From: Selaginella moellendorffii
Lineage: Eukaryota; Plantae; Lycopodiophyta
Reading direction: 5' to 3'
Assembly (NCBI RefSeq): GCF_000143415.4
Contig: NW_003314375.1
Location: forward strand, 124,001 to 188,000
Length of the DNA stretch: 64,000 nt
Positions 37,427-50,346 of the stretch are shown here, piece by piece. Every line of letters begins with the position of its first letter. The first letter of the stretch is position 1. The translations under genes were made by a program, and so were the position numbers. The notes beneath the pieces were generated by a model that saw only the letters and a program-made list of their open reading frames with translations, was not told the origin of the DNA and searched no databases.

Positions 37427-38042
37427 ATCCACTCTGTAAGTACATTTGCATCTGCATGTCAACACTGCTAAGATCCATCAGTTGTGAGGTGCGGTTGCAA
37501 GTGGACTCACTGGCGACAGTTGATCTCATCTACTTGCAATATGAAAATGCAAATGCCATGGTGCTCCAACACGCAAATTCAACTTAAGTTTCTGAATCAC
37601 CTTAAGTCTCTAATGAAGGTGCTTAACTTTCTTTTGGCAGAAAATGCAACCGCTACAAGCCATCCTTGACACAGGAAGTTCAAGCAGCCACACCTTTAAT
37701 CCCATCGTGGAAGCTCAAGAAAAAACTCCAGCACTGAGTTTGAGATCCTTTGGTCCTGAGGGCCTGGAAGAACAACGATCTGAGGTTAGCAAGACAAATC
37801 CATAGAAGTTCCAGATTAACATTCGATTTCTGATGGACAGAGTTTTATATCTTGAGAAAAAAGGTGGCAAAAGTAGCTCTAAGTCTAACAAGAAGAATCA
37901 GATGATGAAATGTTAGTTTCAGCTTCTAAGGACTAAAAGATTCTCTTAAATGTAGCCAGCCAACTCGTTTGGACAACCAACATATTATTCTGTCATTGTA
38001 GAAATTTTAGCCAGTATTACTACTAATTCCTGAAGAATACTA

Positions 38043-38681
38043 ATGGTTCAGGCCAAACCTCTTCTCCTCTTTTTCTCCGTTGCTGCAAGTATTGCAGTAG
38101 CATGCTTCCCAGGTAATTAATTCATGTTGTCATTCACATGGCTAAACACATTTCAAACTGTTAGGAGATGCAACCGTTCAGATGTATAATAGGGATATCA
38201 AGCTCATGAGAGATCTCAATGTCGGAGATAGGGTAGAATATGTTCTGCACTTTCGAAACAACATCGCTATTGTGTGCAGGTTGCAGTGGGCAAGAATGTT
38301 TACTCTGTTGTCTATGCATTCGGCCATAAGGATGCTCATACAACTTTTGAGTTCGTGCAAGTCCACAGAGCTTTACAAAATATGTTAGAGCTTACTGCAG
38401 GGCACTTTGTTCCTATTGAAATCAGTGGAAAACTTGTGTACAAGAGAGCTGAGAATCTCAAGGTTGGAGATATTCTTTGGAAATCATCTCAAATCACTGG
38501 TAAGAAAGGCTACATAGAATGTTTCTAACAATCTCTTGATTCAGGAACCTCAAAGGTTGAGAAGCTGGGTCTCTACAATCCACTCACTCTCTCCGGCAAC
38601 ATCATGGTGAACAATGTTCTCGCATCCAGTTCGTGCCATGTGCAGCATTCTCCACAAAGAGATATAATGTGCTGCGATTGA
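38043..38681 (+). pseudogene. Hint/Hog protein copy 3; signal peptide directly joined to CFP, SRR region deleted (truncated gene or pseudogene)
   Basis: MVQAKPLLLFFSVAASIAVA-CFP|GDATVQMYNRDIKLMRDLNVGDR|VAVGK...LELTAGHFV...|...GLYNPLTLSGNIMVNNVLAS; then a ~90-nt deletion relative to copy 1 and an early stop at 38679-38681. Confidence 0.8.
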
Positions 38682-39069
38682 TTCCTACGTCAACGTTGCT
38701 GTGAGCCTTAGTGCCGTATCTACAATATAAAATGCCGCTCCCAGAAACTTTCAAGTTCTCACTGGATGAGGCATCTAGTCATCCTTTGGAAAAGCGTCTT
38801 GCTTAGAACTAAAATCTCGCATCCATCGATGAGGAGCTCTTGGATGATAACAAGAAGCGGAGTGCTCTATAGCTCCAGGCAGTGCTCCATGATCGGCACG
38901 GCCTGGCGCAAGCTTGACTCTGGAAGAATAATTTCACGTTAATTTGGTTTTGCTTCCAGGGAGAAGAACACACCTCTTTTTCTTCCTTTGCCCTCTTTTC
39001 CGAATCATTTCTCTACAGAAGCTTGAGCTTCAAGGAAAATACACCTCTTCTTTCTCACTCTCACCCCGG

Positions 39070-39620
39070 CCATGATCTCTTCTATGCAGTGGTGCTTGAG
39101 ACGTCTCAAAGATCTTCAGAGCTTTGAACGGTCAAATCGCGATCAGGATCGCGAAGACAAAAGTATATACCGTCAATAGATAGAAGCTCGATTAGACTGG
39201 AAAACTCTAGATCCTCTTCTGAAGTCTACAAGGAGCTGTGCGCTTGTGGGATCCAGCTGGGCATTCTCATCTTGGCCGCATTGAAGTCGTGTAGTGACTC
39301 CAATCTGGTAAGCAAATTCATATGAGCAATGGTGACGTTGTGGCCAACAGTCTGGTGGCAATGTATGCGATCATGGTGGAGGCTGGATGCATGTTTGAGA
39401 TGATCCAGGAGCACGATCTATTATCCAGGCCATGCGACTTTGGAGAACTTTCAAACTTCCTATAGAGAATGTAGGCCTTTGAACTTTTCTCTCACATGGA
39501 GGATGTCGAGGGCCTTCTAGAGAAAAATTGGGAGGAAATCTTTTCAAGCTTGACTAGACGAGAGATTCATGTTGGAGCTGTGAGGAGCAGATTAAACTCA
39601 GACATATTCATGGCAAAGTG
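39070..39620 (+). pseudogene. PPR gene relic
   Basis: VVANSLVAMYA...MFEMIQEHDL-like pieces with stops. Confidence 0.4.
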
Positions 39621-39699
39621 TTAAAGCATAGTGGGTGCTTGGATTGTGTTTGTGTTAAGATTCCATCCCTTACCAACTGGCTAAAGGGTGATCACTTGA

Positions 39700-42600
39700 T
39701 TGTAAAGCCCTTTTCTATTCTATTATCATGACCTAGTGCCTAACCATGATCATAGTTAACACCCTTTGATCAAGAACTTCTCACCTTCATCTCCTTAAGA
39801 AATGATGTAATATGTAGCACCACAAATTATGACATGGATATAAAATCCATATGATACTAATTTACAATACCTTGTGAGAGTAAAGCATAAGATGGTAAAC
39901 ACAAAAAAGTTTAAAAACTAAATCAAGTACTTGCAATCCATATATCTATCTCTAAATCCTAAACAAGTGCTTTTGTGCAAGCCTTCCAACGTCATGTGTA
40001 GCTAAAGCTTCATGAATTTGACATTAGCTAAAATGGTATTCTATTATTCGACAGCTTGAGCGGATATTCACAATCCCCTATGTAATACCTTTGTGATTCA
40101 TGGTGGTGTTAGTGAGGACATGATGAAATACCTTTGATGGTGGCATTTTATTGTATACACCTCTCTAGTTTACATGAATAGACCTCATATGTTTATACAA
40201 TGTTGGTTTTGAAATTTTAGATAAAATGCCAGGTAATCCATTATCTTGGTCTCATAAATCTTCAAGTGCATCCACAAATAAAAAGTAGTTAGATTGCTAA
40301 AATCTCTAGAATCCAAGAAATGTTGGAATTAAATGCTTAAGAATTTACTCTGAATATGAAATTATATACTTTTATGTATTGCTCCTTGTTATCACTCTCA
40401 AATGTTGAAAAAGAGTCTGAATCATATAGGATAAGCTATCCAATTATACCATCTTTCTCTTCCTTGAAACCTAACAAAAATCTCAAGCAAAAAGATGTCA
40501 TTATCTTTAGTAAAGAAGTTTGAAATTGATAATAGAAACTTACTATATGTCAAAACCTCTTTACAAATCCTGTTATCAAAAGAAAATAAGATCATTTAAT
40601 ATTTCAATTGTGAATCACCTTGTTATTGCTTTAGATTTTTCAATACCAATACACTTTACTTTAGACTCCACCATAGTGCCCTGCCCAATGACAAGCAGTC
40701 CTTGCCTAAAAAATGACCCTAATCAAAGGATGAGTAAACATCTAAAAATTTAGTTTTTCTTGAGTATTTAATTTTAACCATGGTAAAGTTATTGCATATT
40801 TTTTGGTTTTTGTGAAATCAGATTTGTCAGCAGTCAAATTTTAGACTCTAAAATTTTTTAAAATTTGATTTGATAGATTTTAAATGTTTTTTAAATTTGG
40901 AAGAAAAAATTTTTGAGTATATAAATGAATGAAGTTTTTTGTCTTTCATTCAAGGTTAAGTTTATCAATCAATTCACTAAAGTTTTCCTATCCACATTTT
41001 CCAGAAGGTCCTTCATAGTTTTAATCACTACTGAAAGATTGCCTTGTCTTTCATCCAGATTCTTTATCAACATTGTTAAACCTTTCTACTCTACCTTTGT
41101 CCCCAAAGTCCATTCCTCTTCTATTAGAAGTCTTTACAGCAATAGATTTAAGGTCTGGGGATGGGTATACACTAAACTCTGAGGATGAAGATAGGCTTAT
41201 ATGGTTTATATTACACTTTGAATATTATGATAGGCTATATAGCCTATATTTTGTCCCTCTCCAGTTTTTTTACTGAAATCCACTATAAATCTAGCAATTA
41301 AAGTCTAAAATACCTCCATGCCCAAAGAAAACTTGTCCAGTTGAAGGTGGGGTAAAGTATTTTTTGTAAATAGCAATAATGATGTATCTCATAACTTGGA
41401 TGATGAAGATGATAGTGGTTTTAAAGAAGAAATCAATGATTATGATATGAGCTAAGTGTTTTAATTTTATAGTGTTATGTGTTTTCTTTTTTATCAAGTT
41501 ATTTTCTTTCTTTTTTATGATTCCATTTCAGAAGCTTACACAATTACTTGGATGAGAAATGCACTTCTTCCATCAGCATCCACGCATTACCATAACCTAG
41601 CCTAGACCGTGAGCCATAAAATTTAAATAAGTGATAATTATATTAAACTTGCTCAATTAAAAGTTACTAATCATTGTCAGAATTCCAAAGTAATTCCTTT
41701 TAAACTTCTTCATTAGAATCATTTATAATTTAAAAAATTAATTCTTTAACCTTTTTCACTTTGGTTGCTAAATACTCCTTTTTTTGTTAGAGTTTTGCTA
41801 TTTTTAATAAGTAGGAATACTTCAACGTCTTCTTCTAAAGACAAAAGATGGCACCTATTCATCTTTACTATCATAAGTAAGTTTTATATTCTTGTAAATA
41901 GATCCAAAACAATGCCTTTCTCCTATGTGGTATAGCATATCAAAAAGTCAAGAAAATTGGCATTAATTTTTGACCTCTTGATCAAGTTGGTGTCATCATC
42001 ATATAGTGGCAAAATATCTTCATCTAAGGACTTGAAGAAATTATCATAGAAGTCCCATTTTCTAAATGTAATAGTAGTGAACTGTGTTTTAGCTTTTTTT
42101 GGTTTTACCATCTCTATTTTTAAAGTTGATTTTTACAAAAATAAAATAGTAGTTTCACCAAATTGATTAATATTACACAAAACTTTATCTTTCCCAAGTT
42201 TTTCATATATCCAAATAGGTAGTTGCTAAAAATTGTGTATGAGCGGTAGATTTTAAGTGCACGCCTCTAAAATTCTTTATAGACCAATATTGACTTCTCA
42301 TTTGCATAGAATAGTGCAATTTATCCTTGGTCATAAACCATTTTTTGAGCAATTCCCATGGAATAGTTATTAGTATAACTATAAGGAAGTTATAGTATAA
42401 CTATAAGTTATTAGTATAACTATAAGGAAACACACATAGAATAAAATGAGCTCTATAGCTTTTCACCATTTGGTTCTTGTGAAATTATGTTTACATTTGC
42501 TTCAAAAATTTATTAATTGTGTCTCATTTCCTTTTTGACCCCCTTGTTTATTAAAAAATTTATAGATTTCACTCATACCAACATTCAGAAGCTCATATTT

Positions 42601-45600
42601 TTCTATGGAGATGGCAATAACAAGCACAAATCCAAGTCTATCCCTATTTTTATTAACTTTTTTCCTTGGAGATCATATTAAAATCTCCAATAGTTCAACT
42701 CCTCTTGTCTTGTAGCCCTTTTTTCATTGTTTCTTTGGAAGCCCCCTTGCCTTCTTAGAAGCAGTCTATTATATCCTACTAAAGAATGAAATATCATACT
42801 TGCCTTTGCTTTTTGAAATTCTCTTGCTCAAATTCTAAATATTTGTTGTCTAACCAATTTAGCCATCAAGAACAGTGTTGAAACTTATATGTTGTTATTG
42901 TTGGGATAAATTGTTATTGTTGTTCTTCATACATGGATCAGTTGACATTTTTATTATTTCAAAATTTTAGCTTTTCTAAAATAGTTTTTGTCATCCATCC
43001 ACTATAAGCTTCTTGAAATACCTAGAGTCAAATCATAAAGATTAGTTAGAATAAAAAAAAACAAACAACAACAAAACAAATCACAAGCTTATTTAGTACT
43101 AAAAGAGATAGAGAAACCATTTGGTGGCTAAATAATTCCTTGTTCTTCTCCTAATGTTACTTGGAAAAAATTTGTTTAGTCGAAAAGAGTTTTTTACAAC
43201 ACGTGAGAGAGGATAAAGAAACTATTTAGCCACTAAATGGTTTCTCTCTTACAAAACTATTATATAAAAATAAAAATTAGATGATATAAAATCAAGAATT
43301 AGGACTAAATGGTGATTCTATCTGGAAAAAAAGGAGCCAAAGCAAGTTGGGACCAAATAATATTTTCTAAAGTAAAAGGAAAAAAAAGTGGAAAAATAAA
43401 TAAAAAGGTCTATCAAGTAGCAATTCAAGGTCGAATTGAGAATTGATGTAACAAAGATTGAAAAAAGGTTGGATAAAAACCAAATAAAATGGCTTTTAAC
43501 ACCAAAAAAGTGAAAAAAAATATTAAATAATTATAAGCTAATTGTTTTCTTGTTTTGTTCATAAAGTTGAGGTTTCATTATCCCTTGCTATTTGTGTCCA
43601 CCATACTATAAATATTATTTGTGTATTAATCTTCAATATCTTTGAAATATTCATGGAAACTTGATGAAGTGCAATCTTAGTTAACAATTAGAATTGGTAT
43701 TACTTGGCTTATATTTAATGATTTTTACTAACAAGCTTATATATTACACCATAGTCAAAAATTATTATCATCCCTTGGCACACCCCAAGATTTCTATTGA
43801 GATGGTTGCTCCAAAAGATTCATCAACCACTTCACCTAAACCTTTGGTGGGAATTTTATTTTTGCCAAGTGATGGAGTTTTTTTATATAAAATCCCTGGT
43901 CATTCAAGGTAATAATCTTCATCTAGTAATTCCCCAAATGAAATTCATTTAGGCAAAAAAAGTACTTCCAAAACAACATTTCATACTTCTTACAAACCTT
44001 TTATGTTATTTACATTTTGGTCTCATTTTTGGAAATGCCAGTGATTTTGTCTATAAGTTTGATAATCTTATATTAGACTTTATTCTAAAAAAGAAATGAA
44101 GTTAAAATTATACTCCTAAAATAAAAAAGAATAATAATATTTTCACAAGAACTCATCATGTGAATAGATATCATAATTTCCTCTTATTGTTAAGTTCATC
44201 AACTCATTCCTGTTAAATTGAAATGATCATCCAGTCCTTGTAACTTTCCCTTAATAGTATCTTGCTTAACATAACAAAATTGATAGATGCCAAAGAGTAT
44301 GTCTTGCAACCCACTGAACCATATGCCTTGTTCATTAATATTGCAAAAGAAACACGGTTAAATTTCAATTTGGTACCGGATGCAAAAAGACTCACTTATT
44401 AATACAATTCATCTTTTGATAAAGTTGGAGAGCATTTTTGTCCTTTGTGTTGATGAAAGACACCTCCATGTAAACATGCTTCTTCTTGATAAAAGGAAAA
44501 TACCATTTGATAGCTATCATCTATACCATCAACTAATTATTCCCATTCCATGCAGGAAACATAATGTTCTTTAGCCACAACTAATTAAGATTCTCCTCAA
44601 GCTCTTGCTTAAAGTCTTTATTTTGTCGATCCAATATTAATCCCACTATAATTTGATCTCATCAGTGATATAGGTTATTCGTTGAAGCTTATTGAGTGTA
44701 GAAATGATGAATCTCCCTTTTTCTAAGATGTTGAATCAAAGTATATGGATGGTCAGAGTACTTGACAAGAAGATGGTAGATGTATTTTGGTTTAAAGGTT
44801 AATTTAATTGAGAGAATAAAGAGTGGAAGAGTATTTCAATAGATTTGAATGGAATCTATGACATTGGATAACATTTCAGCATGGATCTCAGTAGCTGGAA
44901 AGGAATCCTCAAAAAGTGGTGCTTTATTAGCTTGATCCCTCTTCACATTTGTTGTTGTCACCTCCTACACTACCATCAAAAAGGAAAGTGCTGCTACTGA
45001 AGAGGAAGGTGCTGCCACTGAAAAAGAAGGCACTATCACCATTGAAGAGGAAGGCACTATTGCCATCAAAAAGGAAGACATTCTTGCTAGTTGAAGAGGA
45101 AGGCACTTCTATTGAAGGAGCACTCTTAGTCATGACACCCTCAACAGATGTGCTTTCCATCATGTTGTTTTTAGGATCAACTAGTGTATCTGCTATGCTA
45201 GTGCCAAATGCGAGAATTAACACCAAGAGTAAGAGGAGTTATATCACATGCCATGAATGCCCCTATCAATTGAGTTTGGTTGTTCAATTGCAATTGCATA
45301 ACATTAAGTAATTGTATCAACTATTACTCTAGAGTCAAAGGAGGAGAAGACTATTATTCTACCATGAAGATGAATAAAAAGAAAAGAGCAAAAGAAGATA
45401 AATGAAAAAAGTTAGAACAAGATCTAAACAATGCAAAAACTAGATTTAAACCAAAATCTTGAAAATAAAAAACAAAAAAAAGGAAATGAAAAAAACTAAA
45501 CTTAGACAATGCAAAAACTAGATCTAAACCAAAATCCCAAATCCAACCACTTCTCAGGGATAATCAAAAGTGCCTTTCATCCCCATTAATGTGAATGCAT

Positions 45601-45800
45601 GGAATATGGAAAGGGAATATAAAAAATATGCATATCAATTAACCCAAAAACCTTAATTTATATACAGTAGCGAATGGTTTGGATTGAAATCAATTTAATG
45701 GCTACCAAAATCCCATTATGCTAATATTAATATATAGAATCATATCCATACACTTGGACCTCGTATTTTTGTATTTATATTTATTGCAAGGCATATAAAA
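39700..45800. mobile_element. AT-rich, heavily degenerate transposon-derived region (family not assignable)
   Basis: No long ORFs; stop-riddled coding-like remnants on the minus strand; short tandem repeats (44960-45100, 45410-45540) and an inverted repeat (43103-43250). Confidence 0.35.
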
Positions 45801-45949
45801 AGAATATTCATTTTTAAAAATATATAAGGAATTTATAAAACCCTTAAAAAGGAAATCCTCTTCCGAAAAGATAGATGGACAGCTGGTTAGAAGGTTTTAG
45901 CAGTACACTCTTTTGGCTGCTTGAGCTGGGTGTGTATTTGGTTCTTCAG

Positions 45950-46860
45950 TTGCCAACACGCTGATTACTACGTACGGTGGTTGTGGAAGCTTGTCTTTGA
46001 TGGTCCAGCCTAATTCTGGAATGTGTGAATGGTGAAGGTGGGATGGGTTTCGGGATGCAAAGCGAAGGCTTCATGCTGAATCGAGCTTCTTTCCTTGGGG
46101 CATTGAAAGCTTGCGTGACATCTACAGCAAATACAACAGACGGTGTATAGGAAATCCATGGAAAGATGTGAAAATTACTTGCTTCGAGCAAGGCATGGCA
46201 TATCAATCGCAGGCAATGAGGTGCGGTTGTAAGTTGGTGGTAGCTTCCTTGAGTGCACTGATTCAAAGTTATGCCAGGGTACTGATCTTAAACATAATAA
46301 TCTTTTTTTAGTTGTTTTGGAGAATGCAAGAAGGCTGGAGTCCAGATCGCATGACTTATCTCGCAGCACTAAAAGCCTGTTCGAGCATGGTAGCAAAGGT
46401 GGAAGGCAAACAGGTGGAAAGGAAAGCTAACAAGGCTTGTTGTTTCGAGAGAGTGAAATGTATACACTCTCGAGCTGCAAAAGCTGGACTTGACCAAGAC
46501 ATTTTCGTGGCGAGTAGCCTGGTGGACCCATACGTAAAGTGTGGGAACATCGAGTTTGCTGAGCTTTCGACAGGATCAAGGTGGAACTTTGCTGTGGAAA
46601 CTTCGCAACTGGGAGAAGTTCACCAGAGAGTTCCGGAGGATATGGTCCATGTCGAGTCGAGTGCTGCAAATCTGTGGTACTCTACGGCAGCATGGTGGAG
46701 TGTTTGCCACTCCCGTGGGGAGGAGAGTCCCGGTAACTTGGAACGCACTGATTAGGAAACAGCCATCAAGAAAACACTGCCTGAATCGTTCGAGAGGATG
46801 CAAGAACAGCGGTGCAAGCGACTTTCCTCTCGAGATGATGGAGAAAAGAGGTATTTGAGC
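45950..46860 (+). pseudogene. PLS-class PPR pseudogene
   Basis: FWRMQEGWSPDRMTYLAALKACS, CIHSRAAKAGLDQDIFVASSLVDPYVKCG, VTWNALI; multiple frameshifts. Confidence 0.7.
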
Positions 46861-47284
46861 CTCCATGATCCGGTTTGCTAATCCAGGAGATTGGGTGTTT
46901 TAAGAAGCAGCAAACGTGAGGATTTGGATGGCGGTGTGCACTTTTCCGCTTTTAAGTGTGGCCGATAATGCAGTCCCTTGGTAAATTGTGTTCAAGTAAT
47001 AAACCCCTCGCCCTGACTCCGCAAAGATGACCAAATTGCCCTCTGCATGGATAGAACGACGGGGAAACAAGCCGGAGACGATATGATGTGCAGGATCTTG
47101 GTAGTGCAATTCTAAGACTGTAACCTTCCACACGCCCCTTCCTCAGGCATAGCCGCTTGCAAAGTAGTCCTGGCCATTGAAGCTCAAACCAGGGCGCAGC
47201 ACACACAGTGCAGGATTTCCATCTCCAGCCTTGTGTTTCAGGCCTGTTGTAATCCTCAGGCTGCACACTATTAGAATATCCCAT

Positions 47285-48780
47285 GTTGTGGATATTCTAG
47301 GAAGCTCTCCAGAATGTTTTAGAGTCTTCTAGAGCCCTCTAGAGAGGCAGTTAGCTGGTAAGCAGTTGGCCAGCAGGTCATATATGTAACTTTGTTACTT
47401 TAGTATGTGCAAAGGGAATTATGGGGATATCATGTGTGTGTTCTTTGTCTTCTTTCTCTAGTTCATCATGGTGGAATGGTTCCTAACAAAGACTTGCTCA
47501 AAGTGTTCGATGGGAAGGATTTCCTTGGCTGGAAATCCCAGATGGAGCACTTTTACATGGAGAAGAATCTCAGGAGATCTTTGAGCTTTGCTAGGCCAAT
47601 ATTGACCCAGACAAGGATTGGAAAATGCAACACATGAGCATTTGGAATTCTTGGGTGAGTAATTTGAAAGCTGTATCAGCTTAAGACCAAATTTGGTGGT
47701 CCAAGATATTGTCAGCTCTTTAAGCACCCACCAATGGGTGGTCACTAACAATCGGTTGAAGACATTCCTTTCAATCTTGCCATGTTTGCGAACTCTTCAA
47801 CCAAGGTCTCTGTCTGGCACATGCTCGGGCTGCACCAGGAGGGTGTAGCCAAGGATCGTAAGCGCAATGGGTAGAACCACAACAAAAAGAAGGACACGAA
47901 GTGCAAGAATAATGGCTTGTGTAATATCTGCAAAAATCCTGGCCACTTTGCACTGGACGTGATTCCAGAGGGTAAGCATAGTGATGACTACTCCCACAGC
48001 GTGTGTGGCATGGGCACCATCAAAGTCCCCTTTACTTATGGTTGCGGCTGCCATAGCAGTCTATTATGTCCCTGGCATCAAGAAATCCTTCTTCTCTGTT
48101 GGTAAGGTTGTTGATTGCAACATGGAGCTCTTATGCAATGCTTGATTCTGAAGAATGAGAGTGTTATTGCTAGTGGGAGGCATTACGCTGGTCTCTACTG
48201 GCTCAATGTAGAATTGGAATTCCCTACTCAACCCTTCTTAATGTGGGATCCCAGCATCCTGTTGACCTCCAGACCTGGCATCAACAGCTTGGACACACAG
48301 GCATGGTTGATAGTCTGCACGTCACTTCACAACAGCTGAGGTTTTGTGAGCTGTGTATTCTTGCAAAGCTGTTTCCCTTCAAGACTAGTGTTGTTGTAAG
48401 AGCTAGAGATTCTAGAGCTCGTCCACTCTAATGTGTGTATGATGCCCGCGAGCATAAAATTTACTTTGTGGACAATTTTTCCCGCATCATCAAGTTTCTT
48501 TCTCGTAAATCAGAGGTGTTTGGTGAGTTCAAGCTCTTCAAGACCAAAGCAGAGTTGCAAACAGGAAAGAAGCTCAAGAAGTTTCGCAATGATGGTGGTG
48601 ATAAATATACATCCAGAGAATTCATCAGCTTTGTGATGATGAAGGAATTGCGTGTCAGTACTCTATACCAAACACACAACAGCAGAATGGCACGGCTTGT
48701 CAACAAGACACTTTAGGAAGCAGTTTGCTCCTTTCTTGGAGATGCTGGCTTGCCAAAAAAAAATTGGTGTGACTGGATGT
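47285..48780 (+). mobile_element. Ty1/copia LTR retrotransposon relic (5' LTR, gag, integrase)
   Basis: Starts TGTTG; gag FDGKDFLGWK; zinc knuckle CNICKNPGHFA; WHQQLGH...CELCILAK; integrase FVDNFSR...KSEVFGEFK...QTGKKLKKFRNDGG. Confidence 0.85.
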
Positions 48781-49853
48781 TGCCGCACCCTGGTTTGTGC
48801 ACGACAAGGCTGTGGTAGCACAATGGACAGTGCTACTTTGCGAGCGGCTGAGTGTATGCTGGAGGCAACCGTGAGGAAGGGGGCTTAAAGGTGATGGTTG
48901 GAAGGTTGATGACAAGGTTGGCTTGGCTACTGTCTCGGCAGTGCACTACCCAGATCCTGCGCAACATATCGTTTTTGGTTTATTTCCCCAACGTTATATC
49001 CATGCAGACGGCAATCTCGGGCGAGCGCAAAGATTTATTCACCAAGGGACTGCTTTAACAAAGCAGAAAAGTTTCTACGAGTTGAAACTGGTATCCATCA
49101 AGGGCCAAAGGAGTTTCTGTTGCCTCTACGGACCGTTGAAGTCGTTGTTTGCCTGTTATGCATCCTCAAATCGCCCAAGCAATTAGGCCGCAATCACCAA
49201 TGTTTGGCACAGACTTCCATGACTTCGGAGCATGTGGTCAGGTCCACAAAGCTGAGAACCATCTCAAATTGTCGAGCAGCACGGACAGAGGCGCTTCTTC
49301 ATCAAAAGGATGAAATATATAGTTACCGAAAATCAAAAGGATTTGAAAACGAGCCTTTAGAGAGATGACTTCCTCTACGATGCTGGCGGGCATTGACTCC
49401 ATCTTTGTTATTGCTCGATATCACTCATGGAAACACCTGTGCCAAAATTCTGCTGATCGCATCAATATGGTCGTTCCGAATGCAACTCGATCTGAGAAAT
49501 GCCTTTGTCGGGCATATGCGACGTTCCTTGCCACAGTGTCGTGCTCTCAACAATGTGCACGGACTAGACCTAGACCGCAATGATGCAGTCCAGGCGATGT
49601 TGTTCCTTCCATATGATCAAACACGAGCTTCGCCTCTTTAAGATACCCAGGCGTCTTGAGCATGATAATTCAGGAAATGGTATCTGGATCAGGCATTCTA
49701 TCAAAGAAGCTCCATTGTGGCACTCGCCCAATCCCCACGCTCAATAGTGGTTCTATTTGAATTCGTGAGAGGACTTTCTTTTACAGAAATTCAATCTCTA
49801 TCTGAATGAATTGATAGAAGGTAATAAATTAATATTTGTTTATATGGTCGGCA

Positions 49854-50034
49854 TTGACTTGCCGTTTTCAAGAAAAACAAGTAACCTAATCCCTCTGGAT
49901 TGACCACGGTCTGTCAATCACGACCATTGACCGTCGTAAGTATTCACACTGGCCGGCCACTATTGGATCCAAAAACTGGGTACGTCACCCTTGCGTCAGC
50001 GCCAACCATGGCCAAGCATGGTATGGCTATATAA
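49854..50034 (+). promoter_or_regulatory. Putative promoter with W-boxes, an as-1-like element and a TATA box
   Basis: TTGAC(C/T) at 49854, 49900 and 49927; paired TGACG on the minus strand at 49981-49998; TATATAA at 50028-50034. Confidence 0.45.
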
Positions 50035-50346
50035 CCGGCGTGTGTTTGTGGCGAGCGAGAGCCAACTAGAGGAGGAAAAATAGAATTTGATCTCAAAGAC
50101 ATCGAGAAAAGAAGGAGAGGGAGAGAAAAATAAAGGAGAAAAATCTGTTGTGCTTGTCTGTGGGTTTGGTTTTGGTTGGTAAGGTTGTTCTTGAGGAGCC
50201 TTTAAGGGAGAGAGGAGAGAGCGAGAGTAGAGGCCACATTCTAAAGTTTCCGAGCTATGAACTATATGATCTCCAAAAGCTAGCAAAGCCCTTTTTCTCC
50301 TTTCCCCTCTTGGAGAGAGAACTTTCGTGGTTTTGAGAGGATAGCT

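Noticed and set aside
43103-43250. Inverted repeat of ~45 bp as a miRNA precursor
   Set aside because: Imperfect, AT-rich and within transposon debris; cannot be supported without small-RNA data.
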